A DNA stretch of 64,000 nt from Paramoeba atlantica. Lineage: Eukaryota; Protista; Discosea. The notes under the pieces were generated by a model. That model saw only the letters and a program-made list of their open reading frames with translations, had not been told where the DNA came from and made no database searches. Numbering within the stretch: position 1 is the stretch's first letter; each line of letters begins with the position of its first letter. The stretch is taken from contig CDRNVI010000190.1 in the NCBI GenBank assembly GCA_977017575.1, forward strand, positions 62,001-126,000. The letters run 5' to 3'. Position numbers and translations under genes: made by a program. Positions 22,358 through 34,415 of this stretch are shown piece by piece.

Positions 22358-23668
22358 TCAATTTTTGTTTCCTTTTGCACCTTTGACATTAACTCCAGAG
22401 GAACAACCCACATAGAAAAGCTGAGGCCATTCTTCAAATAAATAATTTCTCACTCGCTCTTGCATCTTATCCATCATTTTCAAGAGCTGTTCTTTTTCGA
22501 CAGTTTGTACAAAATCCCCAAAATAATCATGCCCCCAATCCTGAGCTGGAATAGGAGATGGAGGGTTCTCCCAGAGACGAATAAAAGCAACAGTGGCGAC
22601 AAAAATTTCTGAAACGCCATAAAATAACATTCGATCCCAAATAAAAAGAGAAATGGGAATGGGATTAAATTGCCCATCTACAAAGATCAGAAGAACCTTT
22701 CGATGGAGGCTTGAGTCCATAATACTCGAATAATCTTCTAAATCCACCCATTTTTGAAACTTTGGACAAAATTTTGGGATAAGTGATCGCAGGACCGATA
22801 TTATTGAGAAGTCTTCTTCAAAACGAAAAAGGTTTCTTACTCCGAGAGAATGAAGCAATTTTGCGAAAGCAAGGATCATGAAATCTTTTTTTGTTAGTTG
22901 AGAAGATGGAGAAGGAGAAGGAGAAGGGGAGAGAAAAGGAGAAGAAAAAGAAGGAAATGATAGAGGGAGACCTCGAAAGAGATCTCTTGCAAGAAATGGC
23001 AGACAATCTACATAACCAACCTCAGGATCAAAAAAAGCATAACAAACAAAAACCTCTTTCATTATCTCGCTCCATTCTTGGATTTCTCTTCCTGTGAGAC
23101 ATGATCGAGGGATATCTCTCACCGCTTGTTCACCTGACCTCTTCGCTACCTTGAATCTCTTTTTCTCTTCTTCATCTTCCTCTTCTTCTTCTCCTTCATT
23201 CTGTTCTTCTCCTTTTCCCTTTTCTTTTCCCTTTTTCTTTAAAGAAAGAATCTGATATCCATCAATGTCAATCAAAAGAGAGAGATCATCAGGGAGAGGA
23301 GAAGACCAACCACTCGAAATTTGATCTCCAGAAGAGAGAGAACCAAGTAACACAAACCAAAGAAGAGGTCTGACCCAAGAAGGGATTCTTCCTTTTTTCA
23401 CATTTTGTTCAATGAATTGTTTGTGTTGGTGAACAAAAAAATCTGGTGTTTGTATGTTTGTTTCAAGTTCTGAGAATGAGAATGAGTGTGGGATCGATGG
23501 TGATGAACAAGAGGAAGAAGAAGAGGAACAAGAGGAGGAAGACGAAGACGAAGACGAAGACGAAGACGAAGACGAAGAAGACGAGAGAAGATTTGGGAGA
23601 TGTTGTTGAAGGAACTGAAGCCAAATTTTGTCAACATCTTTTGTTTGTTTCTTTTGAAAAAAAGACAT
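22358..23668 (-). CDS. TBC (Rab-GAP) domain protein, unconventional
   Basis: Intronless 436 aa. IPSWVRPLLWFVLLG, AVRDIPRS, YAFFDPEVGYVDCLPFLA and IWDRMLFYG match TBC motifs, but YxQ is replaced by YVD. Confidence 0.85.
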   Translation of the reverse strand: MSFFQKKQTKDVDKIWLQFLQQHLPNLLSSSSSSSSSSSSSSSSSSCSSSSSSCSSPSIPHSFSFSELETNIQTPDFFVHQHKQFIEQNVKKGRIPSWVRPLLWFVLLGSLSSGDQISSGWSSPLPDDLSLLIDIDGYQILSLKKKGKEKGKGEEQNEGEEEEEDEEEKKRFKVAKRSGEQAVRDIPRSCLTGREIQEWSEIMKEVFVCYAFFDPEVGYVDCLPFLARDLFRGLPLSFPSFSSPFLSPSPSPSPSSQLTKKDFMILAFAKLLHSLGVRNLFRFEEDFSIISVLRSLIPKFCPKFQKWVDLEDYSSIMDSSLHRKVLLIFVDGQFNPIPISLFIWDRMLFYGVSEIFVATVAFIRLWENPPSPIPAQDWGHDYFGDFVQTVEKEQLLKMMDKMQERVRNYLFEEWPQLFYVGCSSGVNVKGAKGNKN

Positions 23669-23931
23669 TGTTTCTCCTTCTCCTTCCTCCCTTCCTCTCC
23701 TGATGCTTGTTCAATTCGAAGCAACTGATTCTCTTGTTCTCCCTTCCTCTCCTTTGGCAAAGAAAACAAATTTAGCGTCTTGTTTTTAGAGCTCCAAAAT
23801 AACCTCTCATTTTTCTCTCTTTTTCTCTTTCTCTCACCATTCTGCACCGAAAGGAGAAACCTGTTTCTTCAATTCTTTCTTCAATTCCAAAAACTATCAT
23901 CCCGACACTCTGGAAAATTTTGAAAGAGACA

Positions 23932-24399
23932 ATGGTGGATGTTGACGAGAGTGAATCAAAACCAAAAATTTTGTTGATTGGGGCTCTTGATCCAACTCCT
24001 TGGAGATTAGTTACAGCGTTCAACTGTTCCAAGAGTTCGAGTTTTGTCTATACGGATCTGATTTCTCATTTCAAAGATTGCCAAGGAGTTCTTTTATTCA
24101 CATTGGCTTCCATTTCTCAAAGCGAGGGTCGCTTTGAAACAGCAATGAATTCATTTGAAAAGAGTATTTCAAGTCTTGGTGGGATTGAGGGCACGGCTGT
24201 GTTTCTGCTTGTTTGTGGGAAAGAGGCGGAAGATGAGTTTCTCTTGAAAGAGAAAATGGTGAAAAGATTGAGATTGGAAGAAAGAGGCTGTGTTTGGGGG
24301 TTTGGAGCTGGGTCCGCTCCAACAAAGGTTTTTCCAGAGAGTGATCAATTCTTTCATGATGCACAGCCTAATCTCAAACCAGCAAAGAAAGAAAAATAG
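23932..24399 (+). CDS. Divergent small array protein (copy 7)
   Basis: MVDVDESESKPKILLIG..FKDCQGVLLF..RLRLEERGCVWGFGAG..KPAKKEK. Confidence 0.8.
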   Translation: MVDVDESESKPKILLIGALDPTPWRLVTAFNCSKSSSFVYTDLISHFKDCQGVLLFTLASISQSEGRFETAMNSFEKSISSLGGIEGTAVFLLVCGKEAEDEFLLKEKMVKRLRLEERGCVWGFGAGSAPTKVFPESDQFFHDAQPNLKPAKKEK

Positions 24400-24539
24400 T
24401 TTTAAGAGCTCTGGGAAGAGTTCAAAACTGACAAGTAAAAGCTTAAGCTGAAAAACAAAAGATTTTGAAGATGAATAATTATATTTTGGGACAATCTTTC
24501 ATTTGAAGAAAAAATATTTTTTTGGACGGTTTACAGCAA

Positions 24540-24542
<3 letters not shown>

Positions 24543-24571
<29 letters not shown>

Positions 24572-24587
24572 CAAAACAAAACAAAAC
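24543..24587. repeat. (AAAAC)n microsatellite
   Basis: About 9 perfect pentamer units just 3' of the alpha-2-macroglobulin stop. Confidence 0.9.
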
Positions 24588-24588
24588 A

Positions 24589-27500
24589 TTAAATACTCAA
24601 AGGATCCCAAAGAGCTTCCCATCCTCCTTTTGGTGGGACTGGCAAAAAGATTTGAGAACCATCTTCTTCCTTCACATAAAGACAATGGTTTGAATCTGGG
24701 GGATTAACAGAGGTTTCTTTCCCTTCAACTTCAAGTGAACCACTCTCTGTCAACCCAAATACCTCTGGAGAAAGAAGAAGATAGGCTCTTGTCGATGGTA
24801 CAAGATACTCTCCTATTAAAATGGAGAAAAGATTAAAAAATAAAATCAAAATATTTTCAAAAAAAAAAAAAAAGAAACCTCGAGTTACAGCAATTGCTTT
24901 GTAAGTGATTGTATGAGTCCCAGCAGGAAGATAAGATGCATAAAATTCAACAGAACTCTATTTTACAGATAAAAAAAAATCAACAAACCCACAAAAAAAA
25001 TTTCTAATGTTAATTTTTGAACGAAACAAATAAAAAAATGAAAGACTTACACTGAAAAATTGACGTTCAGAAAAGTAATTGTACCAGTACGAGATTTTCT
25101 GCCAAGGTAACATTGGAGAGGGTGTTGGGTCATCAAGATTATCATCAAGTCCCTCAAGTCCCCCTGAAAAAGGGATTTTTTCAGAATTGGGTTTTTTCAG
25201 AATTGGGAAGAGAAGAGAAGAGAAAGAGAGAAGAGGGAGAAAGAGAAAAGAGAAAAAAAATAGAAAGAAATAAAAAAAAATAAACCAGGAAGTGGATCTT
25301 TCACATAAACATTCTGGTAATCATCAGGAGTCCAGATTTGGATCGTTACTTCCACAGTATCTCCTCTTCGGAGTTTTGTGACTGGTGTCCCAGATCCAAC
25401 ACCAGTTGTATGATTTAACATCTAAATCAAAGAGAAAGAGAGAGAGAAAGAAAGAGAGAAAGTCTTAACATAAAAGTTTTCTTGTTTGGTATATTTTGTG
25501 AAAAAAGAATAATTTAAACCAAAACCTTAATCACTTTCTCCACACGAATGCCAAAGTCAACAGCAACAGTTACAGGTTGGTCAGGGACAAAAGACAAAGA
25601 AGACATAATATTTAATGCTCCACTCCCATTTAACCAAGTTTTAACTTCATTTCCAGAAAGATGATCAAAAGGAGTTGAAGAAGAGAGAACATTCTCCATT
25701 TGAGATCCCATAAATGAACCAGAGAGTAAGATAGAGTTGCCACATGCCATTTGGAACTGACAGTTTGGTTGAGCAGATCCACTGTGGATTTTTGATGAGC
25801 GAAAAACAAAAAAAGAACAAGCAAAAAGGAGGGAATGGAACCTTAACGAATCAAAAGAAGACAATGCTAAAAGAGAATAAGCAATTTGTTGATCACCAAA
25901 CCCATAAGAACGAGCATGGTGGATGGCAGATGATCCACTATCATCATTTCCTTGTCCAACAAACGCAGCCAACTTTCCGACTATTTGTGAATGGATCTTT
26001 CCTCCCCTATTCAACCAATCAATGAATCATTTGAAAACTAAAAGCAAAGGAAAAAAAATTAAAGAAAAAAAATAAAACCAGACAAGAGCTTCCAGAGAAA
26101 TAACAGATCCAGTCACATCAAGGTATCGATCTGTCCCAACATAACCAAGGCGACCAGATACGCGAATTTCAGAGAGAAGAAAATTTAAAATGCGATCAAC
26201 AAAACGAGAAGGAGTTGGATTGGAGTAGAGATCCGTCAAAGCTCTGTACGCTTTTCCAGTCGAGCTGCACTGGTCAATGATACTGTCCAAATACCTCATT
26301 GACAATGTATCTAAATAAAAGTAAAAAGTTGGTCAATTATCTAAAAGATTCAAAAACAATAGATCAAGTCACAATTCATACCAGCAAATTGATGAGGAGA
26401 CCAATTCTTTCCAAGTGCCAAATAAGAGATAGCGAGAACGTCACATGACCATCCCGAACTGCCTCGACGACCAGAATCATATAATCCATCTTCAATTGAT
26501 TTCTTCCAAGTGTTTAAAAGAGAGGAAGGAGTTGCTCCTTCTGGTCCAAGGAGAGATTCGGAGCGATTACTAATGTAAACTGCCATTGCATTCAAAGTGA
26601 CTTGATAGGATGGATATCTGAAAGACAGAAATCATTTTCAATTTTAGTGCTCACAGAAGAGAATAAACAAATAAGAGTCTTAAAATAATCAAAAAAACTC
26701 CGCAAAGAATGACTCACCGAGTAATCAGAGTGGGTTGCAAACCATACTTCGGGTCTGTGGCCACTGATAATAACTCCAACGCTCTCTTGTGCGCTCTCTT
26801 CGCATGAACATATGTTGGATTTGCCTCTCCCGAATTTTGATAGTGTGAAAGAGCGGGCCAAGGCACCAATTGTGAGAGAAGATGAAGAGAATATCGATAG
26901 CGGTCATCTTTCGATTCTTTGCCGAAAGTAGAAACTGATAAAGCTGTGACTGTTGGTAAGTAACCAACCCCAGCTGTTAAAATGAGTGATCCTGAATGAG
27001 GGGCAGCTCCTGGAATTTGTAAGCCCTCTGTGTATGGTAAATACATATCTAAAAAGGGTAATTCAATACAAGGTTATTTGTTAAAAAAAGAGAAGAGAGA
27101 TAAGCTCTCTGGAACCTGTATTTTGAGCATTGAGAAGAACAGAGGAAGAAAGGAGGACAGGCTGACAACATCCAAAAATGGAGAGAGTGGTTTGAAATGC
27201 GTCTACTTCCACAAAACCTGAACTTGTTGCTCTCCACAAAGAAATTTTGATTGCAGCATCTCCAGCCCCCTGAAAAATCTACTTTTGAGGAAAAAATAAA
27301 AAAGAGAACAACAAATAAAAAAAGCAGTTACCAGCGCTTTAACATTAAACAAAACTTCCTTTGGAGGATCAATCAAGGACATCAAAAATGTTTTCTCACT
27401 CTCTCCCTCGAATGCAATGAGCTCACAATCAACTTCTAATCGTACAGTAAAAGTGTTTTTAAGATACGCATCCTCAACACCTGAAGAAAATGTAGTCAAA

Positions 27501-30500
27501 ACTGCTCCAAGTGCCACACTATCTCCTACATGTAATCCTCGAGGCAAATTTGGTGTTACACTCCCAATGAAAGGCCGAACGATTTGTTCAACAGGATCTT
27601 CTTTTGGCTGAGCAGGATACTGCCCAAAACGTGTCCCATCATTTGCTGCAGCAAAGGCCATAATTGCATAAGACCCAAGTAAATCGGAAGTTCGGAATGG
27701 TATAGAAACAGACCCACTTGCATCTGTCAAAGCAGACATCTGGTGCAGTTCAGTAATCACAAAGTCAGTTCTGACTGTCAAAGTTTCAGAAGAGGAAGAT
27801 GAAGGGTTTGATCCATCATCTGATGGATTCGGTCCTGGTTGTGCACCTTTCTGAAAGGACTCCTCGACTACATCAGCAGCTTCCTCCTCTAACTCAAACC
27901 CACCAGCTGAGTACATCGGAGCGTTTTCTTGCCAATTCCCTCGAAAACCCCAACCATTTGGGAACATCGAAATTCGAGTGGTAAAAAGTCGATGGAGTTC
28001 ATCTTCAGTCTTATCAACTGGGTCCTTTTGCCAACGATCAGGCTGAAGGATCCATGGAGGAGAAAACCACGGGTCGTCCCTCATGACTTTGGTAAATTTT
28101 TCAATTGATGCCAAATACCCTTCAAGAGAAGAAAGTTGAGACATTGTTGCAAATGTTGAAATTGTTGAAGACGGGAGATATCTGAGATCTCTTGGAAGAT
28201 CGAATAATCCTGTAAGCTGAGCAGGGAGAAAGAGATCAAGCCAAGCACGATGAACTGCAAACACACAAACTTCAACAGAATCGACTGGATTGGAAGTAGA
28301 CTCATCCGTTACTGCCACTTTCACAACTGAAGAAGCACCAGGCTCTGCAATCGGAGGTGAAACCTGAACATCCACATTTAATTTCGCATCAACCTCCACC
28401 TCCAAACTCACAGAAAGACTATGGGATGCTGGTGCAGAAGGATCATAGAGTTGAGAATGAATAAAAGAAACACCTTCATTCACAAGTGGGCTTCGGGGGC
28501 GATAAGTCACAATCGAGACCTCACATCCAGATCGGCAGTGTTCATTTACTGGGATTGAAAGAGTTACCAAACGAGGACCATCAACAACCAAATGATCAAC
28601 AACTGAAGTTTGTTCATCTTGTATTGTTTCATAGTCATGACCAAATAGAGCAAGAGTTCGTGCATTTCGATAGGGGCAATAAAATGATATTTGAGCTGTT
28701 TCTCCCATGCGATATGCTCCTTCTCGATCTTTCTTTTGAGTAAAGGCTCCAAATCCATAAAATGGCTGGTTGTGCCACTCTGATTCTGTCAAACCAACAG
28801 GGTATAAAGTGTGAATGGGACGATCATTTCGATCATACATAAGACCACCAACTAAAAATCGTCCATACTGAGGCAAAATAAAAGTACAATAATTCGGTTG
28901 ATCTTCTTTGATAGTACCACCAATTACACACGAGTCAATAACTGTTGGTTCCCAAATACCTTCACCTGGAATGACAAGTAACCCTTCTTCATTTGTCTCA
29001 ATTGGGGTGACACCATCCCACTCAAACAATGACATTGTCATTTGACCAACCCCATTAACTTGTTTATCTCCATTAAGAGTTCGAACCTCAGCAAACATTG
29101 CAAACGAAACATGAGGAGGGATTGGACTCTCAAAGGAAGGAGTTAGCTGAAGGAGAAGCTCAGATTGAGCAAAAGGAATTCCAAGGGACGAAGAAATAAG
29201 TTCTCCAGTGGGACCTACCCATTCAGCAGTTACACTGAGTCTATCACCTTCCATTGGAGGAATTGAGTAATCAGGAAGGAGAGTATAGTGCAGTTGTCCA
29301 ATGTGATCAGTTGTAACTGTGATGACTCCAGACTCAGGGGCAATGGGTTCCCCTTCTTTGTTTTGGGGAATCATGATCGACGGATTGGTAAAGATGCATC
29401 CAGAGAGGGTCTCCCCAGGCCTTGGAGTTGGTGATGTAATAGAACCTGATTGATCACGACTCAGTTCCCATGTAAGATTGACTGTTGCATCACCTACAGG
29501 TTCACCCAAATAAGACAAAGTTTCAAGGTCCAACTCGACTCCACCTTGTTCTGATGATGGCCGAATAATTTTTTGGGAAGTTTCAAATAACATTTTTACA
29601 GTTGGTGGTCGAGGATCAGCAATCAAAATCGTCTTTTGATTCAGATACCAACGGTTCTGATTCTGAAGAATGATGGAACGAGGGCCTAGGGTGACATTAT
29701 GAACTGTCTCACTGTTCATTGGAACTTCAAAGGAGGCTTCGAAACTTCCAAAATCAGGGTGAACATCAACTGGAATCAGTGTTTCTTCTCCCCCATTTTT
29801 CCAGGTGACACTCAACCTCACCGACTTCGCAAGATCCTCGGGGATCTTGATAGGATATCGGAAAGGCTGGCGAATGTATCCTTTGAGGTAGATTGGATCC
29901 CCTGGTCGATAGACATGACGATCAGTCACCAATTGAGCAGTAACGGTCTCAGTTGTCAGGTGGCTTGATATGGGGACGGACTGAGAAATTTGAAGCTTTC
30001 CATTGTGTTCAAAAACAGCAAAGTAACGAATCCTTCTGGGAGGATCTGAAACTTCCAATGTTGCAATCCCATCTTCGTTTGTCACAGTTTGATCTAAAAT
30101 TCGAACATCGTTTTGATGGCCACAGGAAGAGGGGATAGAATAAAGGGTGATTTTAACACCTTCCAGGTGATCTGTATTTGAAGAAGCTGTTGCCCAAAAA
30201 AGAAGACGATTTTTTGAAGATTGACCTGAGCTAGAAAACATGGTGACAAAGAAATCGCTCGATGCCACAAATCCTTTCCTCCAATAAGTCCCACACGAAA
30301 ACTTATCCCAGTGGTAAAACAAACCAGAAGAAGACAAAAGGGATTGTGTATCAAATGAATAAGCTTTTTCTTCTTCAACACGAATATTGAATGAACGAAG
30401 GCTTTGGGTCCACGATGGAAGAAATTTTGAAGACACAGCACTACACAAAACTGATTGTAAGGAACTATTCGTTACAGGTGTGGCATAAGCAAAACTATCC

Positions 30501-31960
30501 CCTGTCTCGGCTGGGCAATAACGAAAGAAATTTGATAGATTCCTTGTCAAGTAAGTCCAATTAAACTCTGCTCCCCCTTCATCACGAAACTCAAAGATCG
30601 GATCTGGAACATCAAAAGGAGTTGCAAGCACACCAGCTGAATGGGAACTCGTAAATTCAATAAACGATTCTTGAACAGGTTGCCCAATTCCATCGATAAT
30701 ATCGCATTGATCAAGCTCTCCAAAACTAACTTTGTAGCGATGGTTTGGCTTAAACGATCCTTCAATTTCCAAAATCGCTTTTGATCGTTTAGCGAAAGAT
30801 AAGGTTACAGGAACTTCTTCCAATCTCCTCTCTTCGGACCGGACAATCACACAATCTTGAAGCTGAGAAAGAGACACTGATTGATCTAACCCGTGCCGCA
30901 GATAAATTTCCCAAACACGATAAGAAGGATTTCCAACTAAACCGTGGGATTGACGCTTCTTTGACATTGGTGCATTTCCTGAAAACTCGGGTGCTGTTCC
31001 TGGTCTCCCCTTGTCATTTTCTCGACGAGTATTAGATTCAAAAAATGGAATCACAAAAGGATAAGGACCAGATAACTTAATATCTAAGTCAGTTGAGGAA
31101 GGTCCTGCATAAGAGTGATACATTGAACCTCTTGGGAGGACAAGATGGTAAAAAAGACCAGGCACGAAATTTTCATTTGGAGTTAAGAGCAAACAAGAAT
31201 CTCCTGGATTGATTTCTTGTTTCTGTGATGAACTACAATATTCCAACTCAAAAGAAGGAGAAGAAGTTCCATCTTCAGATCGGAGAGAAAGATCTTGGAG
31301 AAGGGCAATTTCGACGTGGTTGTTGAAAGATAACTGGAGTGTTCCATCAGAAGGAACCTCGCTAATTCCTTCCACCCATTCAATCGATTGACCATTTAGT
31401 TGGGGACCTTTTCGAGCTGGAGGAGAGGAAGCCCTCCACCAATTGTCTGTCAAATTTAAAAGAAGAGGGGATTTCACACTTTGGAGATTCCAAGTTAAAG
31501 ATTGAGTTGTGAAAGAATAAGAACGTATTCCAGGGAGCTGAATTTTCTCACCATCAAAAGTTTCTAAATCCTCATTGATCACAATTGAGAAAGACAAATC
31601 AGAAGGCCAGGGAATGAAAGCATCAAAACGAGCAATGTAAGTTCCGACCCATCGAATCCGACCAGGAACAGAGGCACCCTCCAATCGAAAAGGAGGAGGT
31701 GTAGACATTGGAGATCCATCGGGTGACCAATCTCCTCCTAAAGGAAGGACAGGACGATTGAAAACAACTGTAATCGTATCCCACTCTCTCAACACAACGG
31801 GAGAAGAAGAATCGCCATTTAAGACAGAAGTAATGGAAGGGAGGACGGTGGAGACACGGAGAGGGTTGTTCTCAGATGAACTCACACCAATCCATAACAC
31901 AAGACCAAGAAGAAGAAGAAGACTTCTTGCTCTCCAACACCCAGAAATAGGGGACCACAT
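24589..31960 (-). CDS. Secreted bacterial-type alpha-2-macroglobulin-family protein lacking the thioester
   Basis: Signal peptide; Ig-like N-terminus (VVFNRPV..GRIRWVG); MG2 motif LVTDRHVYRPGDPIYLKGYIR; VRTDF..TDASGSVSIPF..GSYAIMAFA; alpha-barrel region. First exon 31960-27332, then many short exons down to WDPLSI*. Confidence 0.8.
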
Positions 31961-32218
31961 TCCCTCCTGATTATTTGAGGGAAAACCAAAGTTTGGAGAA
32001 GAGAAAAAGGAGCGTCTCTCTCTTGCTGAAGAGACGCAAAATGAAAGAAAACGTGTAACACAATAGACGCAAAACGTGTACGACCCTTTCTTCGTTCGAC
32101 TTTTTTGAAAAATTGATTTATTGATTTTCGCGCACTTGAAAAGTATGAAACCGTCCCCAAATCATTTCATTTTCTTTTCTTCTGCTTTTCAAATTCTCTC
32201 GAACAAAACAGAAAGAAG

Positions 32219-33309
32219 ATGGATGAAGAAGAAGAAACTCCAAATGAAGAAACAAAGAAACTTTTTGATGGTGTTGAGAAAGGAGATGAAGAACTTGTCA
32301 AAGTTCTTCTTCTTGGAAAAGAAAACAAACAATTCAAACTTGATATCAACTTCCAATTCGAAGACAAGGTTTTTTTTCAAAACCTTTCTCTCTCTCTCTC
32401 TCTTTCTTTGTTTTTCAAAAATTGAACAACTTTTTTCTCTCTTCTCCTTGTTTTGTCCTTTTTGAACAACTTCTTTTTGTTAAGTATGGAATGACCGCTC
32501 TTCACTTTGCTGCTTTCAAAGGTTTTGAAGAAATTGTGAAGATTCTTGTTGAACATGGAGCCAATGTTAATCTTCAAACCACAGTTTTGATTTTCTTTTT
32601 TCTCGTTTTATTTGTTGTTAATTCTTGGTTGTTCATGTTGTTCTGATGTGTTTTATGTGATATTTATTTTGTGGTTCTTTTAACAACTTCTTTTTGTTAA
32701 GAATGGATATACCGCTCTTCACTATGCTGCTTCCAGAGATTTTGAAGAAATTGTGAAGATTCTTCTTGAACATGGACTTCTTGAATATCAACCCAATGTT
32801 GATCTTCAAGATTCAGTTTTGATTTTCTTTTTTTTTGGTTGTCGATGTTGTTCTGCTGGGAAGAGTGAGATTTTCTTTTTTGTTTTGTTCTTTTAACAAC
32901 TTCTTTCTGTTAAGGATGGAATGGCTGCTCTTCACTGGGCCGCTAGGAGGGGTCATGAAGAAGTTGTGAAAATTCTTGTTGAAAAAGGGTCCAACATCCA
33001 TCTTCAAAATTCAGTTTTGATTTTCTTTTTTCATTTTGTGGAAATTGTATGATCCAATTTGTGACCGGAGTGTGAAGTGTTCTTTTTTTAACTTTCTTTT
33101 TTTTTGTTAGGATGGTCAGACAGTCCTTGATGTTGCAAAAGATCAGAACATTGTTGAACTGATCATCCAATTGAAGGTTTCATTTTTTTCTCTCTTCCTG
33201 ATTTTCTTTTTTTTCATTTTTTCCGATTGAAGTGCGGAATGGATGGAATCTCATATTGTTTTTCTTTGGTTTGCAGGGACGAACCATCAAACCAGCTCAA
33301 AGAAAATAA
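32219..33309 (+). CDS. Small ankyrin-repeat protein, one repeat per exon
   Basis: Exons 32219-32368, 32485-32583, 32702-32815, 32915-33013, 33111-33176 and 33277-33309, with G.TALH.AA..G..E.VKIL.E.G repeats. Confidence 0.9.
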
Positions 33310-33733
33310 GAAAATTAAAGTTTTGGGAATTTACGAAGAGAAAGAGAAATGAGAGGAAGAAAGGAAAGAGAAAGGAAGGGAGAAGCTCAAACAAGACCAT
33401 TTTCAATTTTTGTGAAAAAAACAAACTCGCAATTGAAATAAGATATAAAGATGTTGGACTTGAAAAATATTGATTTCATATTCTGAGAATGTGAAGTCAT
33501 GAGAATAGGAGGTTGAATTAACTATTTTTGAATAAATTCAAAAGCCAATTTGACCTTGCTTCCCTCTTGATTTCCTTCTTTTTGTGACAAAATTTCGTGC
33601 TTTTTTAAAAACCACAACCACACAACCAAAAGAGCCAAAAAGTTGTTTATTTTCTTTCTTTGCTTTGTGAAAAACCAAAATCATCTCTTCTCTCCAGCCA
33701 GGAGTCTCCCTTATCTTGTTTTTTCTTTAAAGA

Positions 33734-34297
33734 ATGGAGAAATCCGTCCTTCTCGAAGAATACCAATATCCCCTCTTTGCAAGTGTGGCATACATCCTTA
33801 CTATCTATCGGTTTATTGCGATTCAACGAGACGTCAAGTATCGAGCAATCGTCGAATTTCAAAAAGAAGGAAAGAAATTTGATCGATATTACTCCAAACA
33901 TCCCCCACAACTCGCAGCTGATCGAATCCTGGGCAACTATCTCGAACAAACACCCCCCTTCCTTCTTTCCATGTGGTGCAGCGCTCTCTTTGTCGATGCC
34001 ACTTTTGCAGGTTTGTCTGGCATTTTTTGGGTCTTTCTTCGAAATCTCTATCCCTTTTTCATGGGTCCAAAGCTTGCTAGAAACAACCCAAAGGGAGTTT
34101 ATTTTTCAACACTCCCATCTTATATCATCGTTTTCCTCAATACCGGGAGAATTTTGGTCTCCTTGTTGTGTTGTTGTCCTTCGTCCTCTCCCCAACTCCA
34201 TTGGATTTTGACCAGTCTCTTTGTCATTTCAAGTGTTGTTTTATTTGCTCTCTCTCAGAAACATTTGATAGTTTCGATAAAAAGTGAGGAGAAGTGA
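33734..34297 (+). CDS. MAPEG family membrane protein
   Basis: Intronless 187 aa with several TM segments and the ADRILGNYLEQTPPFLLSMW..WVFLRNLYP motif typical of MAPEG. Confidence 0.8.
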   Translation: MEKSVLLEEYQYPLFASVAYILTIYRFIAIQRDVKYRAIVEFQKEGKKFDRYYSKHPPQLAADRILGNYLEQTPPFLLSMWCSALFVDATFAGLSGIFWVFLRNLYPFFMGPKLARNNPKGVYFSTLPSYIIVFLNTGRILVSLLCCCPSSSPQLHWILTSLFVISSVVLFALSQKHLIVSIKSEEK

Positions 34298-34415
34298 AGA
34301 AAAAAAAGTATTAAGGTACACATCCGGATGGTTGAAAATGAACCATCTCCAAACTGAAATAAATTACCAAAATTCACAAAAGTAGTGATTTTAAAAACTG
34401 AATGAACTGCTGTTT

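Noticed and set aside
27140-27185. GCCQ as the alpha-2-macroglobulin thioester
   Set aside because: The spacing is not CxxQ, and it lies one exon upstream of the position that aligns with YGCxEQ.
32011-32082. Short inverted repeat (gcgtctct/agagacgc) and duplicated aaaacgtgta between the A2M and ankyrin genes
   Set aside because: Too short to distinguish from chance without comparative data.
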